A stretch of DNA of 64,000 nt from Alphaproteobacteria bacterium (GTDB lineage Bacteria; Pseudomonadota; Alphaproteobacteria; CAAHEQ01; UBA3637): NCBI GenBank assembly GCA_045632845.1, contig JAZQXL010000011.1, positions 2,158 through 66,157 of the forward strand. The letters are read 5' to 3'. Made by a program: the position numbers and the translations under genes. Each line of letters starts with the position of its first letter. Position 1 is the first letter of the stretch. Under the pieces are notes generated by a model. That model was given only the letters and a program-made list of their open reading frames with translations. It was not told where the DNA came from and did not search any database. This document shows positions 1 to 11,130 of the stretch, piece after piece.

Positions 1-383
1 CTCGTTTGAAAGCGCCTAATAAATACAAAGCCTTAGCACAAATGGGAGCTGAAATGCATATGAAAATGAGGGATGTTCCTTATATACGCCTTTCAAAACT
101 CTTTGATTTTGTTGCTAAAATTTCAAACAACTTTAAAAATGAACAAAAAATTCAAAATCTATTTTTGATTTGTGAAGCAGATATGAAAGGGCGTGGCGCT
201 CCGCTAGAGCAAAGTCAATTTGACAATTTCAATGAAGCTAAAAACAAAGTGATGAAAGTTTTTTGCCTGATGCAAAACATCAAAATCACAGATATGCCAA
301 AGTTTGATGAGTTGGCAAAAGATAAGCGCATTGCCGAACATTTCAGACAATACGCCCTTCATCAACTTGAACACAAAATGTAA
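1..383 (+). CDS. cca: C-terminal part of multifunctional CCA-adding enzyme / HD-domain protein (truncated at window edge)
   Basis: ORF runs in from the window edge; ICEADMKGRG resembles the C-terminal EAD.RGR motif of CCA-adding enzymes. Confidence 0.55.
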   Translation, partial: RLKAPNKYKALAQMGAEMHMKMRDVPYIRLSKLFDFVAKISNNFKNEQKIQNLFLICEADMKGRGAPLEQSQFDNFNEAKNKVMKVFCLMQNIKITDMPKFDELAKDKRIAEHFRQYALHQLEHKM

Positions 384-390
384 TGCTCAG

Positions 391-1023
391 CTAATCGGCC
401 AAATCTTCCAACAAATCATCTAACTTTTCACCTAAAATTGCACCTTTATAAACCTTTTTATTCGCAATAATCAATGGAACTGAATTTACTTTGAACTTCT
501 TGTACAATTTTATATTCTTTTTAAACACATCAGTGACCCTGTCTGTGTATGCATCCATTTTCAACAATTCAACATTCAAACCCAAATCTTTGGCAATTGA
601 TTCAATTTGATATAAAAGAACATCCCCTCTTTTTGCAACTTCAAGGAACATTTCTTTATACTTTCCTTGCTCTTTTGCTGCCAAAATGTGTCTGGCGATT
701 TGGTTAGTATCATCCCCAAAAATAGGCGCTTCAATAATAATCCAACGGATGTTTTTGAGCTTCCCATCTTCCAAAGCTTGAAACATTTGCTTGTGAAATT
801 GTTGGCAATATTTGCAGCGATAATCAAAAAAATCAATGATAATGTTTTTTGAAAATGCATTACCAAGGGATAGATAATCTGAATCCTCAATAATCTGACG
901 ATAAATCTTGTTGAACCGATGCGGTTTGTTAATGCGTTCTGCATTTGCCTCAGTGGATATAAAGGCAAAAAACAATGCACAAAAACAAATCATTCGACTA
1001 AAAAAAACAACAACTCTTTTCAT
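391..1023 (-). CDS. DsbA-family thioredoxin-fold protein
   Basis: Signal peptide, FFDYRCKYC (CxxC), cis-Pro loop SVP. Confidence 0.85.
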   Translation of the reverse strand: MKRVVVFFSRMICFCALFFAFISTEANAERINKPHRFNKIYRQIIEDSDYLSLGNAFSKNIIIDFFDYRCKYCQQFHKQMFQALEDGKLKNIRWIIIEAPIFGDDTNQIARHILAAKEQGKYKEMFLEVAKRGDVLLYQIESIAKDLGLNVELLKMDAYTDRVTDVFKKNIKLYKKFKVNSVPLIIANKKVYKGAILGEKLDDLLEDLAD

Positions 1024-1044
1024 CTATCCCCCATCAGAATGATT

Positions 1045-1563
1045 TTAATTTGCGTTTTTCCACACACCTTCTAAATCGTAAAAATCACGCATTTCACCCG
1101 TAAACAAGTGAACCATCACATCAATCAAGTCAATCACAATCCACCCACTGTCAGATGTATCCCCTGAAATTCTGGCTCTGAACCCTGCTTTTTTGATGTC
1201 TTGAATCAAATTGTTTGCCAACCCGTTCAAGTGACGAGAAGAATTACCATTTGCAATCACCAAATAATCTGTGAAACTACTTTTACCTTTCAAATCAATG
1301 GTAACAATGTTTTCAGCCTTGCCATCATCCAACTTTTGTTCAATAAAAGCGAGCAATTCTTTCACTTCTTCTTTTGAAAGTGCAACAGGAGATTGTGGCA
1401 ATTTTGCTTTCTTTTTGCGAACACATGTTTTTGTTGCTGGTCTGCATTTTGCTTTTGAAGGTTTTGTTTCTTCTTTTAAAACACGTTCTTCATTCTTTTT
1501 TGCTTGGCGTTTGGCAGCTGCTTGTGTTGAGCTAAGTGTTGTCTTTTTTTTCACCTGAGCCAT
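1045..1563 (-). CDS. rsfS: Ribosome silencing factor RsfS with basic N-terminal extension
   Basis: LDDGKAENIVTIDL...DYLVIANGNSSRH...WIVID...VHLF...RDFYDLE.W signature. Confidence 0.92.
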   Translation of the reverse strand: MAQVKKKTTLSSTQAAAKRQAKKNEERVLKEETKPSKAKCRPATKTCVRKKKAKLPQSPVALSKEEVKELLAFIEQKLDDGKAENIVTIDLKGKSSFTDYLVIANGNSSRHLNGLANNLIQDIKKAGFRARISGDTSDSGWIVIDLIDVMVHLFTGEMRDFYDLEGVWKNAN

Positions 1564-1564
1564 C

Positions 1565-2581
<1,017 letters not shown>

Positions 2582-2722
2582 TTATTATTTCACATAGGAT
2601 ACTGTTTTTTCAAAAAAAAGTCAATAAAAAAGCATTTAACATAAAAAGATATGATTTCCCTCTTGAAATTCAAAAAAAAATGTGTTACTAAAACCGCTCT
2701 TGGTTCAATTTGGGAGTTTATA

Positions 2723-3103
2723 ATGATAAAATTTCGTTCTTTTTTAAAAAAAACATTATGCATTTTGTTCCTTTTTGTTGGGATAAATGGTGTTATCTCT
2801 TGTGAAAAAAAAGAACTTTTTAAGCAAAATACCGTTTATCTTTTTTGGCAGGATGGTTGCGTTCACTGTCATGACGCCATCAGCCACATTCAAGCAAAAC
2901 ACCCAAATATGAACATTGAAATGCTCAATATTAAAGAAACAACCGCACGCGAAAAGCTCGTTCAAGCCGTCAAAGAGTTCAATTTATCCAACAAAATTGG
3001 GACCCCTCTTTTTATTATGAATAAAGAAATTCTCATGGGTTGGTCAAAAGAAACTCAAAACAAATTTGATTTAAGCGCTCAAAAATTTCTAAAAATTCAA
3101 TAA
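2723..3103 (+). CDS. Exported glutaredoxin/thioredoxin-like protein
   Basis: Signal/lipoprotein-like N-terminus, CVHC motif, GTP cis-Pro loop; ATG 2723 follows GGAG. Confidence 0.75.
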   Translation: MIKFRSFLKKTLCILFLFVGINGVISCEKKELFKQNTVYLFWQDGCVHCHDAISHIQAKHPNMNIEMLNIKETTAREKLVQAVKEFNLSNKIGTPLFIMNKEILMGWSKETQNKFDLSAQKFLKIQ

Positions 3104-3148
3104 GATAATATTTCAACAGCTATTTTTTAGTATTTTTATAAAAAAATC

Positions 3149-3180
3149 ACTTGACAGTTTTCAAGTCTTTATGTAACAAT
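3149..3180 (+). promoter_or_regulatory. Sigma70-like promoter of pilin 1 with palindrome ACTTGA-N6-TCAAGT overlapping the -35
   Basis: TTGACA 3151-3156; TAACAAT about 17 nt downstream; inverted repeat 3149-3154/3161-3166. Confidence 0.5.
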
Positions 3181-3283
3181 AGATTTTAGGAGGGGAAAAT
3201 TCTCTTCTTAGATAGACTATACTATCTTAGGGATTCCGCTCAGAGAGTGGGGTTAATTTTAATTATTATAAGGAGACTATACA

Positions 3284-3706
3284 ATGAAAAAACAAGAATC
3301 AGGTCGTTCAATGGTGGAAATGCTTGGCGTTTTGGCAATCATCGGGGTTTTGTCAATCGGTGGTATCGCTGGTTACATGCTCTCAATGAACCGTTTCCGT
3401 GCAAACAACATGATCGACAAAGCAGGTAAATTTGCTACAGTTGCCTTCTCAACAAAACAAACATCTATCGCTATGGGCAAAACAGATTTAGCAGATACAG
3501 ATATCGCATACAAAACAAAAGAATTGGGTGCTTTAGATACTGGTGAAACTCTCGCAGTTAAATCAATTAGCGCTGATGGTCTTGTTACACTCGAAGTTAA
3601 ATTTGTTAACCAAGATGTTTGCGACACAGCATTGTCAATCTTAGGTGAAACAACAAAAACTTGTGATGATACTGGTAAAGTCGATCTCGACTTCAAACAA
3701 AACTAA
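3284..3706 (+). CDS. Type IV pilin / pseudopilin-like protein
   Basis: Class III signal MKKQESG|RSMVEMLGVLAIIGVLSIGG with E5; C-terminal Cys pair; AGGAG RBS. Confidence 0.85.
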   Translation: MKKQESGRSMVEMLGVLAIIGVLSIGGIAGYMLSMNRFRANNMIDKAGKFATVAFSTKQTSIAMGKTDLADTDIAYKTKELGALDTGETLAVKSISADGLVTLEVKFVNQDVCDTALSILGETTKTCDDTGKVDLDFKQN

Positions 3707-3725
3707 TCTTTTGTTATGCAAATAC

Positions 3726-3757
3726 AAAAAAGGATGGCTTTAGTCATCCTTTTTTTT
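3726..3757 (+). terminator. Intrinsic terminator after pilin 1
   Basis: aaaaaaggatggc-ttta-gtcatcc followed by a T-run. Confidence 0.8.
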
Positions 3758-3775
3758 CATCCCATACAAAAGAGC

Positions 3776-3804
3776 TTGACGGAATAAAAACTCTTTTATA
3801 CAAT
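3776..3804 (+). promoter_or_regulatory. Sigma70 promoter of pilin 2
   Basis: TTGACG-17 nt-TACAAT. Confidence 0.55.
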
Positions 3805-3858
3805 AAAAAAGAGGTGCTGAAAACGCCACATATTTTATCAATTCAAAAGGATGGTTAC

Positions 3859-4281
3859 ATGAAAAAACTTGAATCAGGTCGTTCCATGGTTGAAATGCTT
3901 GGCGTTTTGGCTGTTGTTGGGGTTTTATCCGCTGGGGGTATTTTGGGATTTTCCGTTTCTATGACACGTTATAGAGCAAATGCATTGTTAGACAAAGCAA
4001 CAAAATATGCATCTCTTGCCTATTCAACAAGCCTTTCAGCAAAAGCGATGAAAAAGCCATTTAACCCAGCCAATTTTAAATATGAAAATCAACGCATTGG
4101 GGAATTACAAGAAGGAGAAGAACTCTCCCTTGGTGAAGGTGCTATTGCAACAAATGGAGTTGTAACCGTTATTGTTACCTTTTCATCTCAAGAAATTTGC
4201 CGTGTCGCTAAAAATATGATTGGGGAATTAGATGATTGCTCCACTGGCGGTGTTACGACTATTAAATTCAAACAAAATTAA
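3859..4281 (+). CDS. Type IV pilin / pseudopilin-like protein (paralog of 3284..3706)
   Basis: MKKLESG|RSMVEMLGVLAVVGVLSAGG, Cys pair, identical FKQN* end. Confidence 0.85.
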   Translation: MKKLESGRSMVEMLGVLAVVGVLSAGGILGFSVSMTRYRANALLDKATKYASLAYSTSLSAKAMKKPFNPANFKYENQRIGELQEGEELSLGEGAIATNGVVTVIVTFSSQEICRVAKNMIGELDDCSTGGVTTIKFKQN

Positions 4282-4301
4282 ATTGATTTGATATTTTTTA
4301 T

Positions 4302-4333
4302 AAGAGGATGCAAAAAATCATCCTCTTTTTTTT
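4302..4333 (+). terminator. Intrinsic terminator after pilin 2
   Basis: aagaggatg...catcctctt plus T-run. Confidence 0.75.
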
Positions 4334-4396
4334 ACAAAATACTTTGATTTTAAAACCATATCCTTTTATACTTAAAAAATATTGAAAGGATTAATC

Positions 4397-5245
4397 ATGA
4401 AAAAAACAACTGCTCTTTTGATCACTTTATTATTAACAACTGCAACCCCTGCTTTTGCAGATAATGTGATTTTAATGATTGGGGATGGTATGGGCAAAAA
4501 TCACATCCACTGTACACATAAAAATAACCCTCTGTTTTTAAAAACACTCACGCCAAAAGGAGAAATCAAAACCCAGTCAGCCAACAATTCAATCACCGAT
4601 TCAGCAGCTGGGGCAACAGCCTATTCCTGCGGTATCAAAACAAACAACAAATATCTTGGTATATTACCAGATAAAACCCCTTGCAAAACGTTAGCTGAAA
4701 TGAGCGCTGAAAAAGGCTATTTAACCATCATTCGTACAACTGATGGAGTATCTGGTGCAACACCTTCAGCTTTTTATGCCCACACGGATTCACGCTATAA
4801 TACAAAAAAAATTGAACAAGACTTTTCCATTGCAAGCAAAAAAATGGATATTCAATCTGTCAAACGAATTGATCAAGCGATGAAAGAAGTTTTAAACACT
4901 TTAAAAAACGCAGATAAACCTTTTTTTGTGATGATTGAAGAATCTGAAATTGACAAACAATCTCACCTCAATAATTTTCAAAATATGACCGAAGCACTTG
5001 TTCGCTTTGATAACGCAATCAAGCAAGCTATCGAATTTGCAAAAGAAGATCAAAAAACAACAGTTATTATCCTTGCAGATCATGAAACAGGCGGCCTCAC
5101 AAATGAATGTACTTATACAAAAAACAATCACTCTGGTGAAAATGTTTTTTATTTTGCAGAAGGACAACAGGCGCACCTATTCACAGAGCCAGTTTTAGAA
5201 AACACAAGTGTACACCACAAAATCAAAAAAATCTTATTTCAGTAG
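4397..5245 (+). CDS. Alkaline phosphatase (compact)
   Basis: Signal peptide; ILMIGDGMG, TDSAAGATA (catalytic Ser), ATPSAFYAH, IDKQSH, ADHETGG. Confidence 0.9.
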   Translation: MKKTTALLITLLLTTATPAFADNVILMIGDGMGKNHIHCTHKNNPLFLKTLTPKGEIKTQSANNSITDSAAGATAYSCGIKTNNKYLGILPDKTPCKTLAEMSAEKGYLTIIRTTDGVSGATPSAFYAHTDSRYNTKKIEQDFSIASKKMDIQSVKRIDQAMKEVLNTLKNADKPFFVMIEESEIDKQSHLNNFQNMTEALVRFDNAIKQAIEFAKEDQKTTVIILADHETGGLTNECTYTKNNHSGENVFYFAEGQQAHLFTEPVLENTSVHHKIKKILFQ

Positions 5246-5246
5246 C

Positions 5247-5278
5247 AAAAAAGAGAGTTTAAACACTCTCTTTTTTTT
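5247..5278. terminator. Bidirectional intrinsic terminator
   Basis: A-run gagag...ctctc T-run between convergent genes. Confidence 0.75.
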
Positions 5279-5279
5279 A

Positions 5280-6689
5280 TCACAACTCATTTCCATTATT
5301 TTTTCTTTTTCTAATAGAAGATGATCTTTTTTTCAGACGCATCTTAGCATGATTTAATAACGGGCCAATTTCTTCTGACTCTATCGTTTCCGCAAAATCT
5401 ATCAATGCGTTCATTTCGTCTGATGGAACAACAAAATTACCATTTTGATCTTTTTGAGAAATAATCTTATCAAAAATATTCATCCTTTCAAGCAATATAC
5501 CTGAAGAAATAATTTCATCATCCCCAAAATGCAAAATATTCCCAGTCAAATCTTTCAAATCTTCTGCTGAAAAACGGCCCGATTTATTCATTGAATTAAA
5601 CAACTTCAAATCATTACAGCAATCGCACCACAAATAATGTTTAAAAACCTCATCAGACACAAAATATTGCCCATTTTTATCTTTTGCGGATGCTAATTTT
5701 CCAACTTTATCAAACGCATGATTTTCAACCGCTTGAATAAATTGATTGTCTGGTGTGCGTGATTGTTTTGAAATTCTTTTATTCAGTATTTTCAAAATCT
5801 TAACTTCATCCGTTTTATCAATACCAAATGCATTTGGGATTTTTGTTAATCCCTTATCTGAAAAACAAATTGGAAACTTTTGATCATAGTCATCTTTATA
5901 ACTATTTATATATTCTTCTTTGTCTAAAAAATTATTCAAATGATTCACAATAAATGCAGGAGACGTTACCTTAATGGCCTCATCTATATTTTTGTTTTCG
6001 CCGTTCAAATCTAAAAACTGTGCAAAAAATGCATTTTCTTTTTGCAATGAATCATACACTTTTTTGACAAACTGGTATCTCGCATTTTTCCCACAAGCAT
6101 AAGCTTGTGCTTCTTTTAAAAACAAAATTTGATGTTGTTGATAATTATTAAAATTTTGAGTTTCAACAGAATCAATCCAATGTTCAGCATGTTTTAATTC
6201 ATGTGCCATCACTTCAATAAAAACAGCTTCATCAACAGATTTATTCCCAACAAGAACCGTATTTATCTTGTTAAAATACAAACCTGCTGTTGAAATTTCA
6301 GCTTCTGTTGTACAATCAATAATCAATGGCTCCGCTCTATCTGGAAACTTTTTAAAAATGAGATTTTCTTGACCATTTTGATGATACAAAAATCTAAGAC
6401 TGTTTTGAAGGCGTCTTTCAATTGGTGTTAGATTTTTAATATCCAGCTTTAAAAATTCTTGAAGTGGCACTTCTTTAAACTTTTTTTCTTGACTGATGAT
6501 TTTTTTCAAAAACCTTTTTTGCTGTTTCACAGTAATCATCCAAGCATATTCAGTTTCACTTTCAAGTCTTTTCAAAGTCTGTTTTGCTTTTTCGATTCTC
6601 ATTCGTTCTTCAAAACTGATTCGTTTACTTCCAAAACGAACAATAATTTCATCCATAGAATTTTTCAAAACACCCTCCATTAAACTCAT
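5280..6689 (-). CDS. Hypothetical protein with HExxH zinc-metallopeptidase motif
   Basis: AHELKHAEH and downstream EAQAY; no signal peptide; basic C-terminus. Confidence 0.6.
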   Translation of the reverse strand: MSLMEGVLKNSMDEIIVRFGSKRISFEERMRIEKAKQTLKRLESETEYAWMITVKQQKRFLKKIISQEKKFKEVPLQEFLKLDIKNLTPIERRLQNSLRFLYHQNGQENLIFKKFPDRAEPLIIDCTTEAEISTAGLYFNKINTVLVGNKSVDEAVFIEVMAHELKHAEHWIDSVETQNFNNYQQHQILFLKEAQAYACGKNARYQFVKKVYDSLQKENAFFAQFLDLNGENKNIDEAIKVTSPAFIVNHLNNFLDKEEYINSYKDDYDQKFPICFSDKGLTKIPNAFGIDKTDEVKILKILNKRISKQSRTPDNQFIQAVENHAFDKVGKLASAKDKNGQYFVSDEVFKHYLWCDCCNDLKLFNSMNKSGRFSAEDLKDLTGNILHFGDDEIISSGILLERMNIFDKIISQKDQNGNFVVPSDEMNALIDFAETIESEEIGPLLNHAKMRLKKRSSSIRKRKNNGNEL

Positions 6690-6760
6690 CCTCTTTTTAT
6701 TTTATCCCAAAAACAAATATTTGTCTACCATCTCATAAAAAAACAATTAAAAATCATATA

Positions 6761-8119
6761 TTAATAAAACCCATCTCGTCTTGAGCCATATTTCCTTTCC
6801 AAATACAGTTGGCAAGCATCTTTCCCAGGATTCTCCCGTGCTAAGCGCTCTTCTTCTTGCTGACGCTTACCTTTTGAGTGATTTTCATACATTTCTTCCA
6901 ACAATTCTTCCCCTGAAGAAAAACGATCCATACACATACTTTCTCTAAAATAGCTATCACCCAACTCAATACCTTGATAGTACCTAAAAATCAAATTTTC
7001 CAAAAACTTGTCCCCATTTGCATCATATAATTGTTGCGCCAACGTTTTGGTTCTTTCATCTGTTGTTCTTGCGCCTTTTTCTATTAAATAAAGCGCAATT
7101 TTAGAATCCATTTGATCTTGTTTTTGAATCAAATCGAGTGGCATATCATTATAATTATTTTTTGCATTAACAGATGCTATTTCCAAACACTTATCAATCA
7201 GTTTAAAGCTCAATTCTTTGCCTGTTAAATCTTTCAATTGACAATAAGCTTGATCAAAAGCATTTAATTTAATCATCAAATGTAATGGTGAGTTCCCCTC
7301 CTGATTATGTTCATTTTTAAACTCTTTTGAAGGAACACCCAAAAGGAAAAGAGGTCTTTTTTCCAAAGAGTCAAAAATTTGCAACTCAAAAACCTCATCT
7401 CTTGAAAAATGAGCCCCTTGCTCAACCATCATCAAAAAAGCATGTTGTAAATTTGGGTTCACCGGCCCTACTTTTTCACTTTCAGCTATACGATTAGCCA
7501 GATAATAAAGGGGTGTATGATCTTGAATGTTTTGTTTGTTCACATCAACGCCCGCTTTTTGCAATAAAAACAAGATTTCTTCTAGTTTACAGTCACATCC
7601 TTTTTGAACAAAAGAGGTCAAAACCGTTTCCCCATCTGGATAAACTTTATTTAAATTTTCAACACTGGTAGCAAAAATTAAAGCATCTGCATATCCATTT
7701 AAGCGATGGGCATTTTTTTTCAACGCTGTTTCGCCTTTTTGATTAAAAACACTAGCATTGGCTCCCTTTTTGAGTAAATATTCACCTAAAGGACACAGAT
7801 GATGCGACACAGCCAAATAATGTAACAGAGTGTTCCCCTCTTGGTCCTGTGCATTCACATCAACTTCAGTTTCTTTTGAAAAAACGCCTTTTTCAATAAG
7901 ACGCAAATCATCATTTTTGTTGATAATAGAAAAAATTTCATCCGACAAACCAGCAAACCCGTGTTTTGCAAGATAAAGAAGCTTTTCAACAGGTGTATCA
8001 AAAGATTTGTTCAAATGATTGGTCATATAATCATCAATGTATGACAAAATTTTTTTTGTCATAGGTTCGATATCCTCATTTAATATGAGTATTTCATCTT
8101 GCGGTTTGATTTTTTCCAT
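6761..8119 (-). CDS. Ankyrin-repeat protein
   Basis: DVNAQDQEGNTLLHYLA, GVDVNKQNIQDHTPLYY, GNSPLHL, VNAKNNYNDMPLDL. Confidence 0.85.
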   Translation of the reverse strand: MEKIKPQDEILILNEDIEPMTKKILSYIDDYMTNHLNKSFDTPVEKLLYLAKHGFAGLSDEIFSIINKNDDLRLIEKGVFSKETEVDVNAQDQEGNTLLHYLAVSHHLCPLGEYLLKKGANASVFNQKGETALKKNAHRLNGYADALIFATSVENLNKVYPDGETVLTSFVQKGCDCKLEEILFLLQKAGVDVNKQNIQDHTPLYYLANRIAESEKVGPVNPNLQHAFLMMVEQGAHFSRDEVFELQIFDSLEKRPLFLLGVPSKEFKNEHNQEGNSPLHLMIKLNAFDQAYCQLKDLTGKELSFKLIDKCLEIASVNAKNNYNDMPLDLIQKQDQMDSKIALYLIEKGARTTDERTKTLAQQLYDANGDKFLENLIFRYYQGIELGDSYFRESMCMDRFSSGEELLEEMYENHSKGKRQQEEERLARENPGKDACQLYLERKYGSRRDGFY

Positions 8120-8310
8120 AAAAATCCCCTCTTTTTGATCAATCAAGCTAAGTTAGGCCTATTATATCATACTTTTTGTTATTTGTCAAAGTTTTTCATA
8201 TTTAAAAACTTATTAAAAAAAATGTACACATTATTTTTCTATTTACATATAAAACGTATTTATGTATAAAAAACTAAATAGTTATCAATAAACAAGAGGA
8301 GGCAAAAAAA

Positions 8311-8652
8311 ATGAACAATGTTGATAATTTAGCAAAATTAGCAGAACTTAAAGAAAAAGGTGTTATTTCTGAAAGTGAATTTAACCAACAAAAAGAAAAT
8401 ATTTTAAAAAACTTAGATACCCAATCTTTGGGCACACCAAAGAGCCGTTTAGTCTATATTTTATTAGCATTTTTCTTAGGCGGATTTGGTATTCACAACT
8501 TTTATGCTGGGTACACAGGGAAAGGCATAACTCAACTTCTCCTATGTGTTCTTTTGTTTTGGTTGGTAATTCCTTTAATCATTGTTGGGCTTTGGGTCAT
8601 TATTGAAATCATCACAGTCACAAAAGATGCAAAAGGTATTCCTTTTAACTAA
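8311..8652 (+). CDS. SHOCT + TM2 (NINE) domain membrane protein
   Basis: LAKLAELKEKGVISESEFNQQK (SHOCT); KSRLVYILLAFFLGGFGIHNFYAG (TM2). Confidence 0.85.
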   Translation: MNNVDNLAKLAELKEKGVISESEFNQQKENILKNLDTQSLGTPKSRLVYILLAFFLGGFGIHNFYAGYTGKGITQLLLCVLLFWLVIPLIIVGLWVIIEIITVTKDAKGIPFN

Positions 8653-8692
8653 TGACAATAAACTAAAAAAAGCCCCTAGAAATAGGGGCTTT
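8606..8692 (+). repeat. 87-bp direct repeat, copy 1 (TM2 gene 3' end plus terminator)
   Basis: Matches 11131-11217 with 5 mismatches. Confidence 0.9.
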
Positions 8693-8699
8693 AAAAAAC

Positions 8700-9845
8700 T
8701 CAACATTTCACATTTTCATATAAAACAGAGGGGAAAGAAACTTTATTTCTCGTTATTTTTTTTTTGACAGCTTGAAAGCCGTTTTTCCCATTTTCTAAAT
8801 TTAAAACTTCAACAGCATCATAATCATTGACAGTTTGTCTTATTTTTGATCTTAAATCTTCATAGCGTTGCACTGCATTTGTTGAAATGGGGTGTTCATT
8901 ATGCAAAACATCAAAACATTTTTTAAGACGTATTAAACTTTTATCAGACAATGGTCTAGAAGCATCAATCACCTGACGCATACCATCTTCCGTTCCACGG
9001 CAAAAACAAACAGCATCACATCCCGCTGCTAAAGCGTATTTTGTATTTTCATACAAAGTGCCATTCAATGCCCGCATTTCAATTCCATCACTAATTAAAA
9101 AACCATCAAATCCAATTTCTCCACGAATCAAGCGGGAAATACCCTCAGCTGACTGTGTCACAGGCCACTTGTCATCAACAGATGGAATTAAAATATGTGC
9201 CGTCATCCCCATTGGACAATTATCTGCATTTTTTTGGAATGGATAAAAATCATCTGCCAACTCACTGACAGTTTCATTTAATGCTGGCAACAAAAAATGA
9301 GGATCAACAACCACACGCCCATGCCCAGGTAAATGCTTCATACAAGGAACAATACCCTGTTCTTTATAAGTTTCAATCATGACTTTGCCACATTCAGCAA
9401 CCACTTGCTTGTCTTTAGAATAGCATCTATTTTGAAGCACCGGTGCTGTTATATCATATCGAACATCCAAACAAGGAGCATAATTTAAATTAACCCCTGC
9501 TTTTTTTAAATCTTGAGCAATCAATTCAGCTTGTAATTTTGCCATTTCCTTCATTTCAAGAAAAGGCAAATCACCCATACTAAATTGAGAGGCAAAATTT
9601 CTATCCGTTAAAGGCATTTCAAATCGAGAGGTACATCCACCTTCTTGATCAACAGCAATCAACACATCTTCACGACCGATTACCTCTTTGATTGATTTTG
9701 TCAACGCTGAAACTTGATTCCACGTTGCAATATTACGCTTAAAAATAGTCACTCCGATAGGATTTGATTCTTCAAGCATATATTTTTCATTATCCGTTAA
9801 TGTATGCCCTGAAACAGAAAGCATCGCAGATAATATCGGTTTCAT
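8700..9845 (-). CDS. nagZ: Beta-N-acetylhexosaminidase (GH3)
   Basis: AVDQEGG, NYAPCLD, KHLPGHG..VDPH, GMTAH, FDGFLISD. Confidence 0.9.
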   Translation of the reverse strand: MKPILSAMLSVSGHTLTDNEKYMLEESNPIGVTIFKRNIATWNQVSALTKSIKEVIGREDVLIAVDQEGGCTSRFEMPLTDRNFASQFSMGDLPFLEMKEMAKLQAELIAQDLKKAGVNLNYAPCLDVRYDITAPVLQNRCYSKDKQVVAECGKVMIETYKEQGIVPCMKHLPGHGRVVVDPHFLLPALNETVSELADDFYPFQKNADNCPMGMTAHILIPSVDDKWPVTQSAEGISRLIRGEIGFDGFLISDGIEMRALNGTLYENTKYALAAGCDAVCFCRGTEDGMRQVIDASRPLSDKSLIRLKKCFDVLHNEHPISTNAVQRYEDLRSKIRQTVNDYDAVEVLNLENGKNGFQAVKKKITRNKVSFPSVLYENVKC

Positions 9846-9915
9846 CTCACTCTCCTAAAACAACAAATGAAGTGTTGTTATTATTCCAAATACCCAAATA
9901 TGTCAAGAAAATAAT

Positions 9916-10992
9916 TTAGCACCGAATAATTCCATGCCCTTGAAAACGTAGTTTTTTAACCTGAGAATTTCTGATTTTTACAGTTTTAACGCATTTTTCA
10001 CGAAGATGACGCCGTCTGATTTGTTCAATCATATGACGTTTAATTTTTCCAACCAAATCATTCATCATATCAACTATAACAGCATCTTTTTTTTCAGATA
10101 AAGAGTTTGATCTCTTCATCTCTGTAATCATTTGATATAATGGAAAAATCATGCGGCGTTGCTCTTTTGGAGGCATATTATAAACATGAGTTAACGACTT
10201 TGAACAAACAGGCTCAACCAGCGTTTTGATCAAAAATTTCCACTTTCTAGAATAAGGGTCGTGTTGGTATTGATCCCTCAAGTCCGTCAATAAAGTGCGA
10301 TAACTGTTCAAATGCTTTTCAGTGAATTTTTGATTTGTTGTTGATGCAGCATTCATCCGATATTTATAAAAAGGGATAGGTAAAATCGTTGACATCACAT
10401 TATCTTTTAAAACCGTTAATAAAAGTTGAGTATCTTCATAATACATCCCAGGTTTAAAACGCAAATCTTTAAAAATATCTCTATGAAACAACATCGTCGT
10501 TACAACACGAGAAACCCTTGGTTTTGCATTTTGAGCTGTATACGCCATCAAATCTGAACGAATCAAATTTGGCAAGGATTTAACATCATACATTTCAAAA
10601 TTCATCCCATCAAAAGCACCTGGATTTTCCTCCTTTTCATACAAAAAGGCTGTTAAAGTTGTTTTGTTTTTTTCAGCATAATAATGGGCTGCTTCCAATG
10701 TTTGAGGGTGAATAAAATCATCCGAATCCAAAAAGAAAATGTATTTTCCTTTTGCAACATCCAAACCTTTATTCCGTGCAGCAGATTGGCCTTGATTTTC
10801 TTGCGAATACACTTTGATACGTTTATCATAATTGGCCCAAGTATTCAAAATAGCAAGAGAATCATCCGTTGACCCATCATTCACACAAATAACTTCAAAA
10901 TTTTGATGTGTTTGTTCCAAAACACTATCTAAACATTCGGATAAAAACTCTTGGGCATTAAAAACTGGAATAATTACTGAAATTTTTGGCAC
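9916..10992 (-). CDS. Glycosyltransferase family 2
   Basis: ISVIIPVFN, VNDGSTD, SAARNKG, FLDSDD; basic C-terminal extension. Confidence 0.9.
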   Translation of the reverse strand: MPKISVIIPVFNAQEFLSECLDSVLEQTHQNFEVICVNDGSTDDSLAILNTWANYDKRIKVYSQENQGQSAARNKGLDVAKGKYIFFLDSDDFIHPQTLEAAHYYAEKNKTTLTAFLYEKEENPGAFDGMNFEMYDVKSLPNLIRSDLMAYTAQNAKPRVSRVVTTMLFHRDIFKDLRFKPGMYYEDTQLLLTVLKDNVMSTILPIPFYKYRMNAASTTNQKFTEKHLNSYRTLLTDLRDQYQHDPYSRKWKFLIKTLVEPVCSKSLTHVYNMPPKEQRRMIFPLYQMITEMKRSNSLSEKKDAVIVDMMNDLVGKIKRHMIEQIRRRHLREKCVKTVKIRNSQVKKLRFQGHGIIRC

Positions 10993-11130
10993 AACGGGAC
11001 TCCTTTATAATTTTATTATAAAATATCACAAAAAAAACAAGTTTGTCAATATTTTTTTACTCAAAACACAAAAACCATTATTAAACAAAAATATCAAAAC
11101 TTACAACTACCATCTTTTAGAGTTTAATTC

